Assembly (NCBI GenBank): GCA_002938195.1
Contig: PTKX01000005.1
Location: 1-57,947 of the forward strand
Source of the DNA: Alphaproteobacteria bacterium MarineAlpha5_Bin7
GTDB taxonomy: Bacteria > Pseudomonadota > Alphaproteobacteria > HIMB59 > GCA-002718135
Length of the DNA: 57,947 bases
Direction: 5' to 3'
In this document: positions 30,646-41,127 of the stretch, in pieces
How positions within the stretch are numbered: the first letter of the stretch is position 1
How the letters are laid out: each line of letters begins with the position of its first letter
Made by a program: the position numbers and the translations under genes
Notes under the pieces: model-generated
Told to the model about the DNA's origin: nothing
Databases searched by the model: none
What the model saw: the letters and a program-made list of their open reading frames with translations, nothing else

Positions 30646-31932
30646 ATGTTTTATACAATTATAGGTACACAATGGGGAGATGAGGGCAAAGGAAAGATTG
30701 TTGATTGGTTAGCATCGAAGGTTGATACCGTTGTACGATTTCAAGGAGGTAACAATGCCGGCCATACTATTCAAATAAATGAATCAAAGTATAAACTAAA
30801 CTTATTACCTTCAGGTATAATTAGAGGTAAAAAATGTATTATAGGAAATGGAGTTGTATTAGATCCTTGGGCATTAGTAGATGAAATAGTTAAATTAAAA
30901 AAGCAGAATATAGAAATTTCAGATCACAATTTAATGATTGCTGAGAATACTTGTTTAATATTACCTATTCACAAAATTATTGACGAAATTAACGAAATAG
31001 AAAGAGGTAATGCTGGAATAGGTACAACAAAAAAAGGCATAGGTCCGGCATATGAAGATAAAGTTGGAAGAAGATCCATAAGACTCTGTGATTTAGCAAA
31101 TGAAGATATTTTAAAGCGAAAAATATCTAGCTTGGTTAAATTTCATAGTCCACGACTTACATTTTATAATAAAAAAGTAGATGCTGAAGATTTATACAAA
31201 CAGCTAAGTCTAGTTGCAAAGAAAATCTTGCCGTACTCTTATCCAACTTGGCAGTATCTAAATAAATTGGCAAAAAAAAATAAGAATATCTTATTTGAAG
31301 GAGCTCAAGGAGCTCTGTTAGATATAGATTTTGGGACCTATCCATATGTAACTTCCTCGAATACTTCGTCTGGTCAGATATTTGCAGGTAGCGGCTTTAA
31401 TACTAGAACAAACAATAAAATATTAGGTATAACAAAAGCATATACTACAAGAGTTGGTTCAGGACCTTTTCCTACTGAACTTAATGATCAAATAGGAGAT
31501 CATTTAGTTGAAAAAGGACAAGAATATGGGACTGTGACTAAACGGAAAAGAAGATGCGGTTGGTTTGATATTAATTTAGTTAAACAATCAATAAATATAA
31601 GTGGAATAAATAATATTGTTTTAACAAAATTAGATGTTCTTGATCATTTAAATGAAATTAAATTATGTATTGGTTATCAATTTGAAAATATTCAATATAG
31701 TTATTTGCCCGCGAATGAAAATTTACAATTTAATGTTAAGCCTATTTATAAGACTTATCCCGGTTGGAAAGAATCAACTTTTGGGTTAAATAATTGGGAC
31801 GATCTTCCTTTAAATGCAAAAAAATATGTTAATAGTATTGAGGAGTTACTTGAAACTGAAATATCAATAGTCTCGACAGGGCCGGAGAGAAGTCAAACTA
31901 TCGATAGAAAAAAATTTTTAGATAATATTTGA
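30646..31932 (+). CDS. purA: Adenylosuccinate synthetase
   Basis: QWGDEGKGK, RFQGGNNAGHT, GIGPAYEDK, EGAQG, GTYPYVTSSN, RRCGWFD. Confidence 0.98.
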   Translation: MFYTIIGTQWGDEGKGKIVDWLASKVDTVVRFQGGNNAGHTIQINESKYKLNLLPSGIIRGKKCIIGNGVVLDPWALVDEIVKLKKQNIEISDHNLMIAENTCLILPIHKIIDEINEIERGNAGIGTTKKGIGPAYEDKVGRRSIRLCDLANEDILKRKISSLVKFHSPRLTFYNKKVDAEDLYKQLSLVAKKILPYSYPTWQYLNKLAKKNKNILFEGAQGALLDIDFGTYPYVTSSNTSSGQIFAGSGFNTRTNNKILGITKAYTTRVGSGPFPTELNDQIGDHLVEKGQEYGTVTKRKRRCGWFDINLVKQSINISGINNIVLTKLDVLDHLNEIKLCIGYQFENIQYSYLPANENLQFNVKPIYKTYPGWKESTFGLNNWDDLPLNAKKYVNSIEELLETEISIVSTGPERSQTIDRKKFLDNI

Positions 31933-32769
31933 TATCTCTTTTTTAATTTTTTCTAGAGCTCTTTCTTCAATTTGACGCACTCTCTCTCTACTGATTTTGT
32001 ATTTTTTACTTAATTCTTCTAATTTTTTAGGTTGATCAGATAATTTTCTTGATTGTATTATTTCTTTTTCTCTATCGTTTAAAATTTCTAGAGCATTAAT
32101 TAGAAGTTTTTTTCTATAATTATATTCGTTTTTGTTTTCTACGATTCTGTCTTGTGTCTCTTTTTCATCAACTATCATATCTTGCCATTCAGTATCGGCT
32201 TCATCACTAATTTGAACATTCAGAGATTGATCTCCAGTAGACAGTCTGTGTTCCATACTTATCACTTCAGCTTCTTTTACATCCAATTTATTAGCAATTT
32301 CTCGAACATTTTCAGGAGACAAAGTGCCTTTATCAATAGATTCTAACTGATTTTTTAATTTTTTAAGATTAAAGAATAATTTTTTTTGTGCTGCAGTAGT
32401 TCCTATTTTTACCAAAGACCAGCTGTGAAGAACGTATTCTTGAATTTGTGCTCTAATCCACCACATTGCATATGTTGCCAATCTGAATCCTTTATCTGGA
32501 TCAAATTTTTTAACTGCCTGCATAATTCCAACATTTCCTTCAGAAATTAAATCGGTAACAGGCAAGCCATAACCTCTATATCCCATTGCAATTTTTACGA
32601 CTAATCTAAGATGACTTGTTACTAGTTTATGAGCCGCTTCAGTATCCCCATTTTCTTTAAATCTTTTTGCAAGCATATATTCTTCTTTTAGACTTAGTAT
32701 TGGAAATTTTTTAATTTCCTGCAAATAAAGAGATAGGCTTCCCTCAGAAGATAAAACTGGTAATTTCAT
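31918..32769 (-). CDS. rpoH: RNA polymerase sigma factor RpoH (sigma32)
   Basis: SHLRLVVKIAMGYRGYGLP, RpoH box QKKLFFNL, SRERVRQIE. Confidence 0.96.
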   Translation of the reverse strand: MKLPVLSSEGSLSLYLQEIKKFPILSLKEEYMLAKRFKENGDTEAAHKLVTSHLRLVVKIAMGYRGYGLPVTDLISEGNVGIMQAVKKFDPDKGFRLATYAMWWIRAQIQEYVLHSWSLVKIGTTAAQKKLFFNLKKLKNQLESIDKGTLSPENVREIANKLDVKEAEVISMEHRLSTGDQSLNVQISDEADTEWQDMIVDEKETQDRIVENKNEYNYRKKLLINALEILNDREKEIIQSRKLSDQPKKLEELSKKYKISRERVRQIEERALEKIKKEISNII

Positions 32770-32801
32770 AAATGGCCGTTTATCATATTTATATTATAAA
32801 T

Positions 32802-33770
32802 CTAATATTTTGCCAATATACTAAGTAAATAGCGCATATCTTCATGTAAATCGCATTGAAATTTCAAATATTTTTTATTGATAGGGTGAATAAAGCCTAA
32901 GTAATAAGCGTGTAAAGCTTGTCTTTGAAAATTTTTTAAGATTAAAAATTTATTAAAAGTTTCTTTATTTTTGCTAAAATGATTAATTTTGCTTTTTCCA
33001 TATAGTTTATCTCCCACTATAGGAGAATTTATAGATGTTAAATGCAGTCTAACCTGGTGGGTTCTTCCAGTTTTTAATTCGCACTCAACAACACTACAAA
33101 TTCCAAAATTTTTTTCTAAACTTATGCTAGTCTCAGAAAATTTTCCAATTTTATTTTGATTTAAGGCCATCTTTTTTCTGTTTTTCTTATTTCTAGTTAT
33201 ATACCCACTTACTATTTGGTTTTTAGGAGTTCCCCAAACTATAGCTTTATATTTTCTTGAAATAGAATGAATTTTAAATTGTTCTGCTAAATTGTGATGA
33301 GCTAAATCATTTTTTGCTACCACAATCAAACCACTGGTATCTTTATCCAATCTATGAACAATTCCCGGCCTATTTATATTAACTTTACTTAAATTTTTAT
33401 TTGTATGATTTAATAGCGCTTGTACAAGTGTACCATTTTGATTGCCTGGAGCTGGATGAGTTACCATGCCTGCCTTCTTGTTTACAACTACAATATCATT
33501 ATCTTCATAAACTACATTGATTTCAATTTCCTCAGCATTATAAGAAGTTTTTTTAACTTTAGGTATGTGAATTGTATAGATTTCACCTTCTTTAACTTTA
33601 TCAGAGGCTTCTAAATTCCTTTTTTGGTCATTCCTGACATTATTGTTGTTTATAAGAATTTTGATTTGTGATCTTGTAAGGTTATTTAGCATTTTACTTA
33701 ATGCTTGATCAAGCCTAAGAAGGTTTTGTTCTTTATTAATTTTTATTTTTTGGATATAAAACTCATTCAT
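32802..33770 (-). CDS. rluD: RluD-family 23S rRNA pseudouridine synthase
   Basis: S4 domain RLDQAL, RPGIVHRLDKDTSGL, TGRTHQVR, RQALHA. Confidence 0.92.
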   Translation of the reverse strand: MNEFYIQKIKINKEQNLLRLDQALSKMLNNLTRSQIKILINNNNVRNDQKRNLEASDKVKEGEIYTIHIPKVKKTSYNAEEIEINVVYEDNDIVVVNKKAGMVTHPAPGNQNGTLVQALLNHTNKNLSKVNINRPGIVHRLDKDTSGLIVVAKNDLAHHNLAEQFKIHSISRKYKAIVWGTPKNQIVSGYITRNKKNRKKMALNQNKIGKFSETSISLEKNFGICSVVECELKTGRTHQVRLHLTSINSPIVGDKLYGKSKINHFSKNKETFNKFLILKNFQRQALHAYYLGFIHPINKKYLKFQCDLHEDMRYLLSILAKY

Positions 33771-34047
33771 GTCAAAAAAGTTACTTCAATATATAGTAAT
33801 ATTTTTAGGTATTTTAATTATTTTTGCTTTTATTGCACTTATTTATGGAATGTATTTAAAAATTTCAAATTCTAATAATATAGATTTAAAACAAATTTCT
33901 CTTAATTTATCCCATAATGATAAAATATTCGATATAGATGTTATTGATGACAAAAAATTGCTTATAGTTATTAAGGGCCAAGATGATCTTAAGGCTGCAA
34001 TATATAACATTAAGGAGCAAAAAATTACGGAATTTATTGAAAAATAA
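33769..34047 (+). CDS. Small membrane-anchored hypothetical protein divergent from rluD
   Basis: Single N-terminal TM (VIFLGILIIFAF) plus a beta-rich tail; similar small genes sit opposite rluD in Alphaproteobacteria. Confidence 0.7.
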   Translation: MSKKLLQYIVIFLGILIIFAFIALIYGMYLKISNSNNIDLKQISLNLSHNDKIFDIDVIDDKKLLIVIKGQDDLKAAIYNIKEQKITEFIEK

Positions 34048-34104
34048 ATTCACTATAATAGTATTATGTGTTTTATTAATATAAATATTTAAAGAATATT
34101 AAAA

Positions 34105-34335
34105 ATGAAAAAATCAGAAGATAAAGATATGACTTTTGAAGATAGCATCAAACAACTTGAAGAAATTGTTGATAAACTAGCCTCTGGAGAGATTGATTTA
34201 GAAAAATCACTTGAATATTATAAGAAGGGCATGGAATTAAAAAAAATATGTGAAGAAAAACTAAAAAAAGCAGAACTTCAGATAAAAAAAATAAAAATTG
34301 ATAATAATAAAATTTCAAAAGAGGACTTTAAATAA
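34105..34335 (+). CDS. xseB: Exodeoxyribonuclease VII small subunit
   Basis: TFEDSIKQLEEIVDKL.SGE..LE.SL..Y..G..L...C...L..AE. Confidence 0.95.
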   Translation: MKKSEDKDMTFEDSIKQLEEIVDKLASGEIDLEKSLEYYKKGMELKKICEEKLKKAELQIKKIKIDNNKISKEDFK

Positions 34336-34338
34336 TAC

Positions 34339-36252
34339 ATGGAATACAAAATTTTAAATAAAATAGATTATCCTTTAGATTTGAGGAAACTAAAAATTGC
34401 AGAATTAAAACTGTTATCAGAAGAACTTCGACATAAGCTAATAGATGTTGTATCAAAAACTGGAGGACATTTGGGAGCTGGACTTGGTGTCATAGAATTA
34501 ACAATAGCTTTACATCACATTTTTGATACACCTACAGATAAGTTAATTTGGGATGTTGGCCATCAATCTTATCCTCATAAAATTCTTACCGGAAGAAAAG
34601 ATCAGATACAAACTATTCGTCAGAAAGGCGGTTTATACGGTTTTGTTAAAAGAAATGAAAGTAAATATGATACTTTTGGAACTGCTCATAGTTCAACTTC
34701 TATTTCGGCTGGTCTTGGAATCAAAATTGCAAAAGAAATTAAAAAAGACACTTCAAAGGTAATTTGTGTAATAGGTGATGGAGCACTTAGCGCAGGAATG
34801 GCTTATGAAGCACTGAATAATGCCGGAGCATTGAACAAGCAAGTTATTGTTATTTTAAATGATAATGACATGTCTATTGATAAACCCGTAGGTGCAATGA
34901 GCAGTTATTTATCAAAACTAATGTCTTCAAATTCTTACTCAAACATAAGATGGATAATAAAAAAAATATCTAATAAATTTCCTAAAGTTTTTGCAAAAAC
35001 ACTATACAAAGCAGAAGAATTTTCAAAAGGAATAGTGTCTGGAGGCACATTATTTGAAGAGTTAGGTTTTTTTTATTTAGGTCCGATAGATGGTCACAAT
35101 TTAGACCATTTAATTCCAGTCTTAAAGAATATTAATAATAATAATTTCGATAAACCAATATTTCTTCATGTAATTACAAAAAAAGGTAAGGGTTACAAGC
35201 ATGCAGAAGAAGCAAATGATAAGTTTCATGGAGTAAACAAGTTTGATGTTATTACAGGTTCCCCATTATCTAAGTCAAATTCAAAATCGTATTCTGAAAT
35301 ATTTGGCGAAACACTATCTCAAGAAGCAAAAAAAGATAATACTATAGTTGCAATTACAGCAGCTATGGCATCTGGAACAGGACTTAATATATTTGCTCAA
35401 AATCATCCTAAAAGATTTTTTGATGTGGGTATCGCAGAACAACATGCTGTAACAATGAGTGCTGGATTAGCTACAGAAGGAATGAAACCTTTCGCAGCTA
35501 TTTATTCCACCTTTTTACAAAGAGCATACGATCAAATAATACATGATGTTGCCATTCAAAAACTTCCAGTAAGATTTGCTATTGATCGAGCTGGGCAAGT
35601 AGGCGCAGATGGAGCAACACATGCAGGATCATTTGATATTGCCTATTTATCTTGTCTTCCTAACTTTATTGTAATGGCTGCAGGAGATGAGCAAGAATTA
35701 ATTAAAATGATTAAAACTTCTATTTTGATCGATGACAGACCTTCTTCATTTAGATTTCCTAGAGGTTCAGGAGTTGGTTTAGATATTAAAAAAGAATTTT
35801 TACCAATAGAGATTGGTAAAGGCAGAGTTTTACAAGAAGGTAATTCTATAGCTCTAATAAATTTCGGAGCAAGATTAGGAGCATGCCAAGATTGTACCAA
35901 TGCTCTAAATTCAAAAGGTTACACAATTTCACTAATTGATGCGAGGTTTGCAAAACCTATGGATACAAAGCTTTTAGATGACCTGTTAAATAATCATGAG
36001 TTTATCTTAACTATTGAGGAAGGATCGATAGGAGGTTTTAGTTCAATTGTTTTAGATTATATTCACAATAAGAGATCCAAAAAAAATTCCTCTGTTGTGC
36101 AAAATTTAATTTTTCCAGATAAATTCATCGATCATAACACACCTGAAAATCAATACAAAGAAATAGGTATGGATGCAAAATCAATTGAAAACAAAATTTT
36201 ATCAATGATTGATCCTAAGGAAGTAGACCTAAAAATAATAAGAAATTTATAA
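34339..36252 (+). CDS. dxs: 1-deoxy-D-xylulose-5-phosphate synthase
   Basis: GGHLGAGLG, WDVGHQSYPHK, GDGA, NDN, DVGIAEQHA, DRAG.VGADGATH. Confidence 0.98.
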   Translation: MEYKILNKIDYPLDLRKLKIAELKLLSEELRHKLIDVVSKTGGHLGAGLGVIELTIALHHIFDTPTDKLIWDVGHQSYPHKILTGRKDQIQTIRQKGGLYGFVKRNESKYDTFGTAHSSTSISAGLGIKIAKEIKKDTSKVICVIGDGALSAGMAYEALNNAGALNKQVIVILNDNDMSIDKPVGAMSSYLSKLMSSNSYSNIRWIIKKISNKFPKVFAKTLYKAEEFSKGIVSGGTLFEELGFFYLGPIDGHNLDHLIPVLKNINNNNFDKPIFLHVITKKGKGYKHAEEANDKFHGVNKFDVITGSPLSKSNSKSYSEIFGETLSQEAKKDNTIVAITAAMASGTGLNIFAQNHPKRFFDVGIAEQHAVTMSAGLATEGMKPFAAIYSTFLQRAYDQIIHDVAIQKLPVRFAIDRAGQVGADGATHAGSFDIAYLSCLPNFIVMAAGDEQELIKMIKTSILIDDRPSSFRFPRGSGVGLDIKKEFLPIEIGKGRVLQEGNSIALINFGARLGACQDCTNALNSKGYTISLIDARFAKPMDTKLLDDLLNNHEFILTIEEGSIGGFSSIVLDYIHNKRSKKNSSVVQNLIFPDKFIDHNTPENQYKEIGMDAKSIENKILSMIDPKEVDLKIIRNL

Positions 36253-36253
36253 A

Positions 36254-36988
36254 TTGAAAAAAAGAGCTGATATAGTTTTATTTGAAAAAGATTTAGCAGA
36301 ATCCAGATCTAAAGCTCAAGCGATGATTATGGCAGGGCAGATTAGGGTAGACGGAAAAAAAATAACAAAAAGTGGTACAATTATTGATCCTGAGTCTGAA
36401 ATATTAGTTTCAAATCTTCATTCCGAATGGGTTTCTCGAGGCGCTATTAAAATAATTCATGCAATAAATTTTTTTGAAATAAATATTCAAGATTATATTT
36501 GTTTAGACATAGGATCTTCAACAGGAGGTTTTACTGAAGTTTTATTAAAAAAAAATGCTAAAAAAATTTATTCTGTAGATGTTGGAACTAATCAATTACA
36601 TGAAAAATTAAAAAAAGAAAAAAGAATCATTAGTTTGGAAAATACCAATGCAAGATATTTAAGCAAAAATATTATTAAGGAACAAGTAGATTTAATAGTT
36701 TGTGATGTTAGTTTTATAAGCATGAAGAAGGTCTTACAACAATGTATCAATTTTCTAAAACAAAATAACGGTGAAATACTAGGCTTAATTAAACCACAGT
36801 TTGAGGCTCAAAAAAGAGAAATTAAAGGAGGAATTGTTAAAGATCAAAATATTCATAATAGGATTTGTGATGATTTTAAAGAGTGGTTTCCTAAATATTT
36901 AAATATGAATGTGATAGGATTAACTCAAAGTCCTGTGAAAGGTCCAAAGGGCAACATTGAGTTTTTTATATATGCAAAGAGAAATTAA
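36254..36988 (+). CDS. tlyA: TlyA family rRNA 2'-O-methyltransferase
   Basis: S4 domain, [38 protein letters not shown]; TTG start. Confidence 0.93.
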   Translation: MKKRADIVLFEKDLAESRSKAQAMIMAGQIRVDGKKITKSGTIIDPESEILVSNLHSEWVSRGAIKIIHAINFFEINIQDYICLDIGSSTGGFTEVLLKKNAKKIYSVDVGTNQLHEKLKKEKRIISLENTNARYLSKNIIKEQVDLIVCDVSFISMKKVLQQCINFLKQNNGEILGLIKPQFEAQKREIKGGIVKDQNIHNRICDDFKEWFPKYLNMNVIGLTQSPVKGPKGNIEFFIYAKRN

Positions 36989-38055
36989 ATGTTTCTTAAA
37001 AAATGGTCAGCTAGAGTTGTAGCCATCATCGCTTCTCCTACTGGTACAGCTCTGATTCCAACACATGGATCATGACGACCTGTTGTTGAAATTTCAGTTT
37101 CTTGTAAATCTTCATTAATCGTTTTTCTTTTAGTTAATATGGAACTGGTAGGTTTGACACAAAATCTTAAAATTATATCTTGCCCTGAAGAAATACCTCC
37201 TAAAATGCCTCCATTATTGTTAGAACTAAATTGAGGCACGCCATCTTTAATAAACATTTCATCAACGTTTGATATTCCAGTTTCTAGAACGCTATTGAAG
37301 CCATTACCAATTTCCACACCTTTAACTGCATTAATACTCATCATTGCTTTTGCTAAATCAGCATCAAGCTTACCATATACAGGCTCCCCTAAACCAACAG
37401 GAACATTTGTACATCTAATTTCTATTATAGCACCAAGTGAGGATCCATCTTTTCTCGCTTTATTAATCATATCCTCCCACTTAATTATAATATCTTTATC
37501 AGGACTAAAAAAATCATTTTTTTCTATAAAATCATCATTCCATTTTTTGTAATCTATTTTACTTGACCCAATCTGAATTAAAGCACCTGTAATTTTGAAT
37601 TTGTTATTAATTTTTGTCTCTAATACTTTTCTTGCTACAGCTCCTGCCGCTACTCTCATAGCTGTTTCTCTAGCACTAGAGCGACCTCCTCCTCTATAAT
37701 CTCTTATTTTATATTTTGACCAGTATGTATAATCTGCATGTCCTGGCCTAAAAACATTTTTTATTTCAGAATAGTCTTTAGATCTTTGATCTTCATTGTT
37801 TATAAGAAGAGAAATAGGATGTCCAGTTGTCAACCCATTGAAAGTTCCTGAAAGAATATTGATTTTATCTGATTCTTTTCTTTGACTAGTATATTTTGTT
37901 TGCCCTGGTCTTCTTTTATCTAAATATTTTTGTATATCATTTTCGCTTAAAGGAATTTGTGAAGGCACGCCATCTACAACACATCCAATTGCCTTTCCAT
38001 GACTTTCTCCCCAAGTTGTAAAATTAAAAATTTTTCCTAAATTATTCTCAGCCAT
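36985..38055 (-). CDS. aroC: Chorismate synthase
   Basis: [40 protein letters not shown]. Confidence 0.98.
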   Translation of the reverse strand: MAENNLGKIFNFTTWGESHGKAIGCVVDGVPSQIPLSENDIQKYLDKRRPGQTKYTSQRKESDKINILSGTFNGLTTGHPISLLINNEDQRSKDYSEIKNVFRPGHADYTYWSKYKIRDYRGGGRSSARETAMRVAAGAVARKVLETKINNKFKITGALIQIGSSKIDYKKWNDDFIEKNDFFSPDKDIIIKWEDMINKARKDGSSLGAIIEIRCTNVPVGLGEPVYGKLDADLAKAMMSINAVKGVEIGNGFNSVLETGISNVDEMFIKDGVPQFSSNNNGGILGGISSGQDIILRFCVKPTSSILTKRKTINEDLQETEISTTGRHDPCVGIRAVPVGEAMMATTLADHFLRNI

Positions 38056-38061
38056 CAGTAT

Positions 38062-38880
38062 TTATGAATTAAAATCATTTAATAATTCAGAGACTTTACC
38101 AGCCTCATCTACAGCTACCATTCCAACAGTATGATAACCACAATCCACATGTTGAATTTCACCTGTAACCGCACTTCCTAAATCACTTAAGAGATATAAT
38201 GAGGCATTACCAATATCTTCTTGATTAACGTTTCTTTTAAGTGGAGAATTTAATTCATTCCATTTTAAAATAAATCTAAAGTCCCCAATTCCAGAAGCAG
38301 CTAATGTTTTAATTGGACCTGCGCTAATAGCATTTACTCGTATTTTGCTATCTCCAAGATCAGAAGCCAGATATCTGACACTTGATTCTAAAGCAGCTTT
38401 TGCTACACCCATTACATTATAATGAGGCATTACCTGTTCTGAGCCATAATAAGTAAGGGTAATAATAGAGCCACCATTTTTCATTAGTGGTTTTGCTAAA
38501 CGACAAGCTTCAGTGAATGAATAACATGACACAAGCATAGTTTGGTTAAAGTTTTCAAGGGAGGTGTCAACATATTTGCCTCTCAGTTCGTCCTTATCAG
38601 AAAAGCCAATAGCATGAACTAAGAAATCAATTTCTCCCCATTCTTTATACAAAGTTTCAAATGTATTTTTCATAGATGTATGGTCATTCACGTCACAAGG
38701 AATTATTAAATTAGAATTCAAGCTTTTTGCCAAAGGTTCCACTCTTTTTTTTAGAGCTTCTCCTTGATAAGTAAATGCTAGTTCTCCGCCATTATTTGAA
38801 ATGGATTTCGCTATTCCCCATGCAATAGAGCGCTCATTGGCTACACCCATGATTAAACCTTTTTTGGATTTCATTAACAT
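38062..38880 (-). CDS. fabI: Enoyl-ACP reductase
   Basis: GVANERSIAWGIA, YNVMGVAKAALE, NAISAGPIKTLAASGI. Confidence 0.97.
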   Translation of the reverse strand: MLMKSKKGLIMGVANERSIAWGIAKSISNNGGELAFTYQGEALKKRVEPLAKSLNSNLIIPCDVNDHTSMKNTFETLYKEWGEIDFLVHAIGFSDKDELRGKYVDTSLENFNQTMLVSCYSFTEACRLAKPLMKNGGSIITLTYYGSEQVMPHYNVMGVAKAALESSVRYLASDLGDSKIRVNAISAGPIKTLAASGIGDFRFILKWNELNSPLKRNVNQEDIGNASLYLLSDLGSAVTGEIQHVDCGYHTVGMVAVDEAGKVSELLNDFNS

Positions 38881-38975
38881 TTAATTAACCATCTAATTTT
38901 CAACTAATAAATTCAATTTCTTGTTATTATTTTTTTAACTCTATATACTACTTATATAATCTATCGTACAAAAAC

Positions 38976-39581
38976 ATGAAAAAAGTTAATATTACTAAAC
39001 AATATTATGCAGATCCGTTAATTCTATTTCATGAGTGGTTTGAGGAAGCAAAAATTAAGGAGATAAATGATCCTAATGCTATGAATTTGGCAACAATTTC
39101 CAAAAAAAATATTCCTAGTTCAAGAATAGTTCTTTTGAAATCTTTTTCGAAAAGTGGTTTTGTTTTTTTTACAAATAAATCAAGTAAAAAAGGAAAATCA
39201 ATATTAAATAACCCAAATGTAGCATTAAATTTTCATTGGAAAAGCATTAGGAAACAAGTGCGTATTGAGGGTACTGTTTTACAAATATCAAAAAAAGAAG
39301 TTGATGAATATTTTAAAACTAGACCTTTTCTAAGTAAAGTAGGTGCATGGTCATCTAATCAATCTAGTAAGTTGCAAAAAAGAGAAGATTTGAAGGTTAG
39401 GTTTAAAAAGTATAGTGCAATCTATAAAGATAAGATAGTTCCAAGACCTTCTTATTGGGTAGGGTATAGTGTTGATCCTAGTCTTTTTGAGTTTTGGGAA
39501 GAAAAGAAATACAGATTGCATGACAGAACAGAATATCAAAAAATTAGAAATAAATGGATTATAAGAAAATTATATCCTTAA
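38976..39581 (+). CDS. pdxH: Pyridoxamine 5'-phosphate oxidase
   Basis: PNAMNLAT, SRIVLLK, QVRIEG, YF.TRP, EFW....RLHDR. Confidence 0.96.
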   Translation: MKKVNITKQYYADPLILFHEWFEEAKIKEINDPNAMNLATISKKNIPSSRIVLLKSFSKSGFVFFTNKSSKKGKSILNNPNVALNFHWKSIRKQVRIEGTVLQISKKEVDEYFKTRPFLSKVGAWSSNQSSKLQKREDLKVRFKKYSAIYKDKIVPRPSYWVGYSVDPSLFEFWEEKKYRLHDRTEYQKIRNKWIIRKLYP

Positions 39582-40009
39582 TTATCTTTCCACTTTTTTA
39601 AAATCCAACTACTAGAGTTTGACTTATTTGATCCACCAATGCCCCAAATAGTTTCAATATTATTATTTTTACAAAATTCTAATTCGGGAGTAGTTTCTTG
39701 ACTTCTATCCCCCCCATTAGCAAACATTATTTTATAATTTGGAAATTTTGATATAGCTTTTTTAATTCCATCTATACAAGTTGAATCTTGATCATCAAAA
39801 GATAAAACCTCAATTACATTCTTAATTGATTTCATTATGATTTGTCTTTCATTAAATGGTAAAAACTCTCTACCCTTTTTTTTTCTTAGCCAATCATCTG
39901 AATTCAATAAAACTACTATTTTTCCATATTTAGATGCTTCATTTATTAAATAAATATGACCGCTGTGCACAGGATCAAATCCACCACTTATTAATACTAA
40001 ATTATCCAT
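39578..40009 (-). CDS. HxGH cytidylyltransferase-like nucleotidyltransferase
   Basis: SGGFDPVHSGH, LNSD.WL..KKG, FANGGDR, K.NSSSWIL. Confidence 0.85.
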   Translation of the reverse strand: MDNLVLISGGFDPVHSGHIYLINEASKYGKIVVLLNSDDWLRKKKGREFLPFNERQIIMKSIKNVIEVLSFDDQDSTCIDGIKKAISKFPNYKIMFANGGDRSQETTPELEFCKNNNIETIWGIGGSNKSNSSSWILKKWKDN

Positions 40010-40652
40010 ATTTATTTCTCCATTTATCAGGATCAGCCAAAAAATTTTTTATATTTTCTATCTCTGAATTGGAAAACATTTTTTTTATAGACATAACTTC
40101 TAAAATATTTTTCCAAGTGCACAAAGAATGAATCTTAACGTCCATAGAACTAAGGGGTGATTTTTTTAAATCAAATATATCATAATAAAAAATTACAAAA
40201 ATATCCGATACTAATAAACCATTTTTTCTCATTGTTTCAATAAAAGAAACCTTGCTCCCTCCATCTGTAGCAAGATCTTCAATTAAAATTGCTTTTTGAC
40301 CTTTCTCATAAAATCCTTCAATTTGTTTATTTTTACCAAATCCTTTTGATTGTTTTCTCACGTAAATCATTTTTTTTTGTAATATTTGAGATAAGAAAGC
40401 TGCATAAGGGATGCCTGCAGTTTCACCTCCAGCCAAAATATCAAATTTTATTTTTTGATTAATAAAATATTCATTTGCATAATTAAGTATTTTGTTTCTT
40501 TCTTCTATAAATGAAATTAATTTTCTACAGTCGACATAAACAGGACTTTTTTTTCCTGAAGTTAAAATAAATAATTCTTTAAAAGAAAATTTTATGGCTT
40601 CTATTTCTAATAAAATTTCTGCTACTTGATTATTATAATTATAATTTTTCAT
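40002..40652 (-). CDS. pyrE: Orotate phosphoribosyltransferase
   Basis: LTSGKKSPVYVDCRKLIS, GGETAGIP, YVRK..KGFG, IEDLATDGGSK. Confidence 0.93.
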   Translation of the reverse strand: MKNYNYNNQVAEILLEIEAIKFSFKELFILTSGKKSPVYVDCRKLISFIEERNKILNYANEYFINQKIKFDILAGGETAGIPYAAFLSQILQKKMIYVRKQSKGFGKNKQIEGFYEKGQKAILIEDLATDGGSKVSFIETMRKNGLLVSDIFVIFYYDIFDLKKSPLSSMDVKIHSLCTWKNILEVMSIKKMFSNSEIENIKNFLADPDKWRNKYG

Positions 40653-41125
40653 TAAGTTATATGAGATATATGTTCTTTTGAAAAATTTCCTGGAACAATC
40701 ATAATGGGTATTCTGAAATTAGTTAATTCTTTTGTTAATAATGAATTAATTATATGTCCTGGATTAGTTTCTTTTTCATCTATATTTGCAGCTAAAACTA
40801 AAACATTAATACTTTTCTCTTCTTCAATTAATGCTTTAAGTTCTTTTATTATATTTCCTTCTCTTAAGTGTAATACCGGCATCACTCCAGTAGCTTCCTT
40901 TACTATAGAAGAAGCATGCTGTAATTTTTTTTCAGCTTCTTCCCTTGCCTCATTTTGCATTATTTCTGTCACTCCTTGAGTAGTTAAAACATCAACAGGC
41001 TCGATAAATGTAGCAATAATAATTTTTCTGTTTGTTTTTTTTGATCTTGCGCATGCATATTGAAGAGCAACTTCCATTTCTTTGCTTCCATCAGCTATTA
41101 CTAAAATATATCTTTCATCTTTCAT
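40652..41125 (-). CDS. Universal stress protein
   Basis: LVIADGS.E...AL, REG, LVLAA, PG, IPIMIVPG. Confidence 0.88.
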   Translation of the reverse strand: MKDERYILVIADGSKEMEVALQYACARSKKTNRKIIIATFIEPVDVLTTQGVTEIMQNEAREEAEKKLQHASSIVKEATGVMPVLHLREGNIIKELKALIEEEKSINVLVLAANIDEKETNPGHIINSLLTKELTNFRIPIMIVPGNFSKEHISHIT

Positions 41126-41127
41126 AT

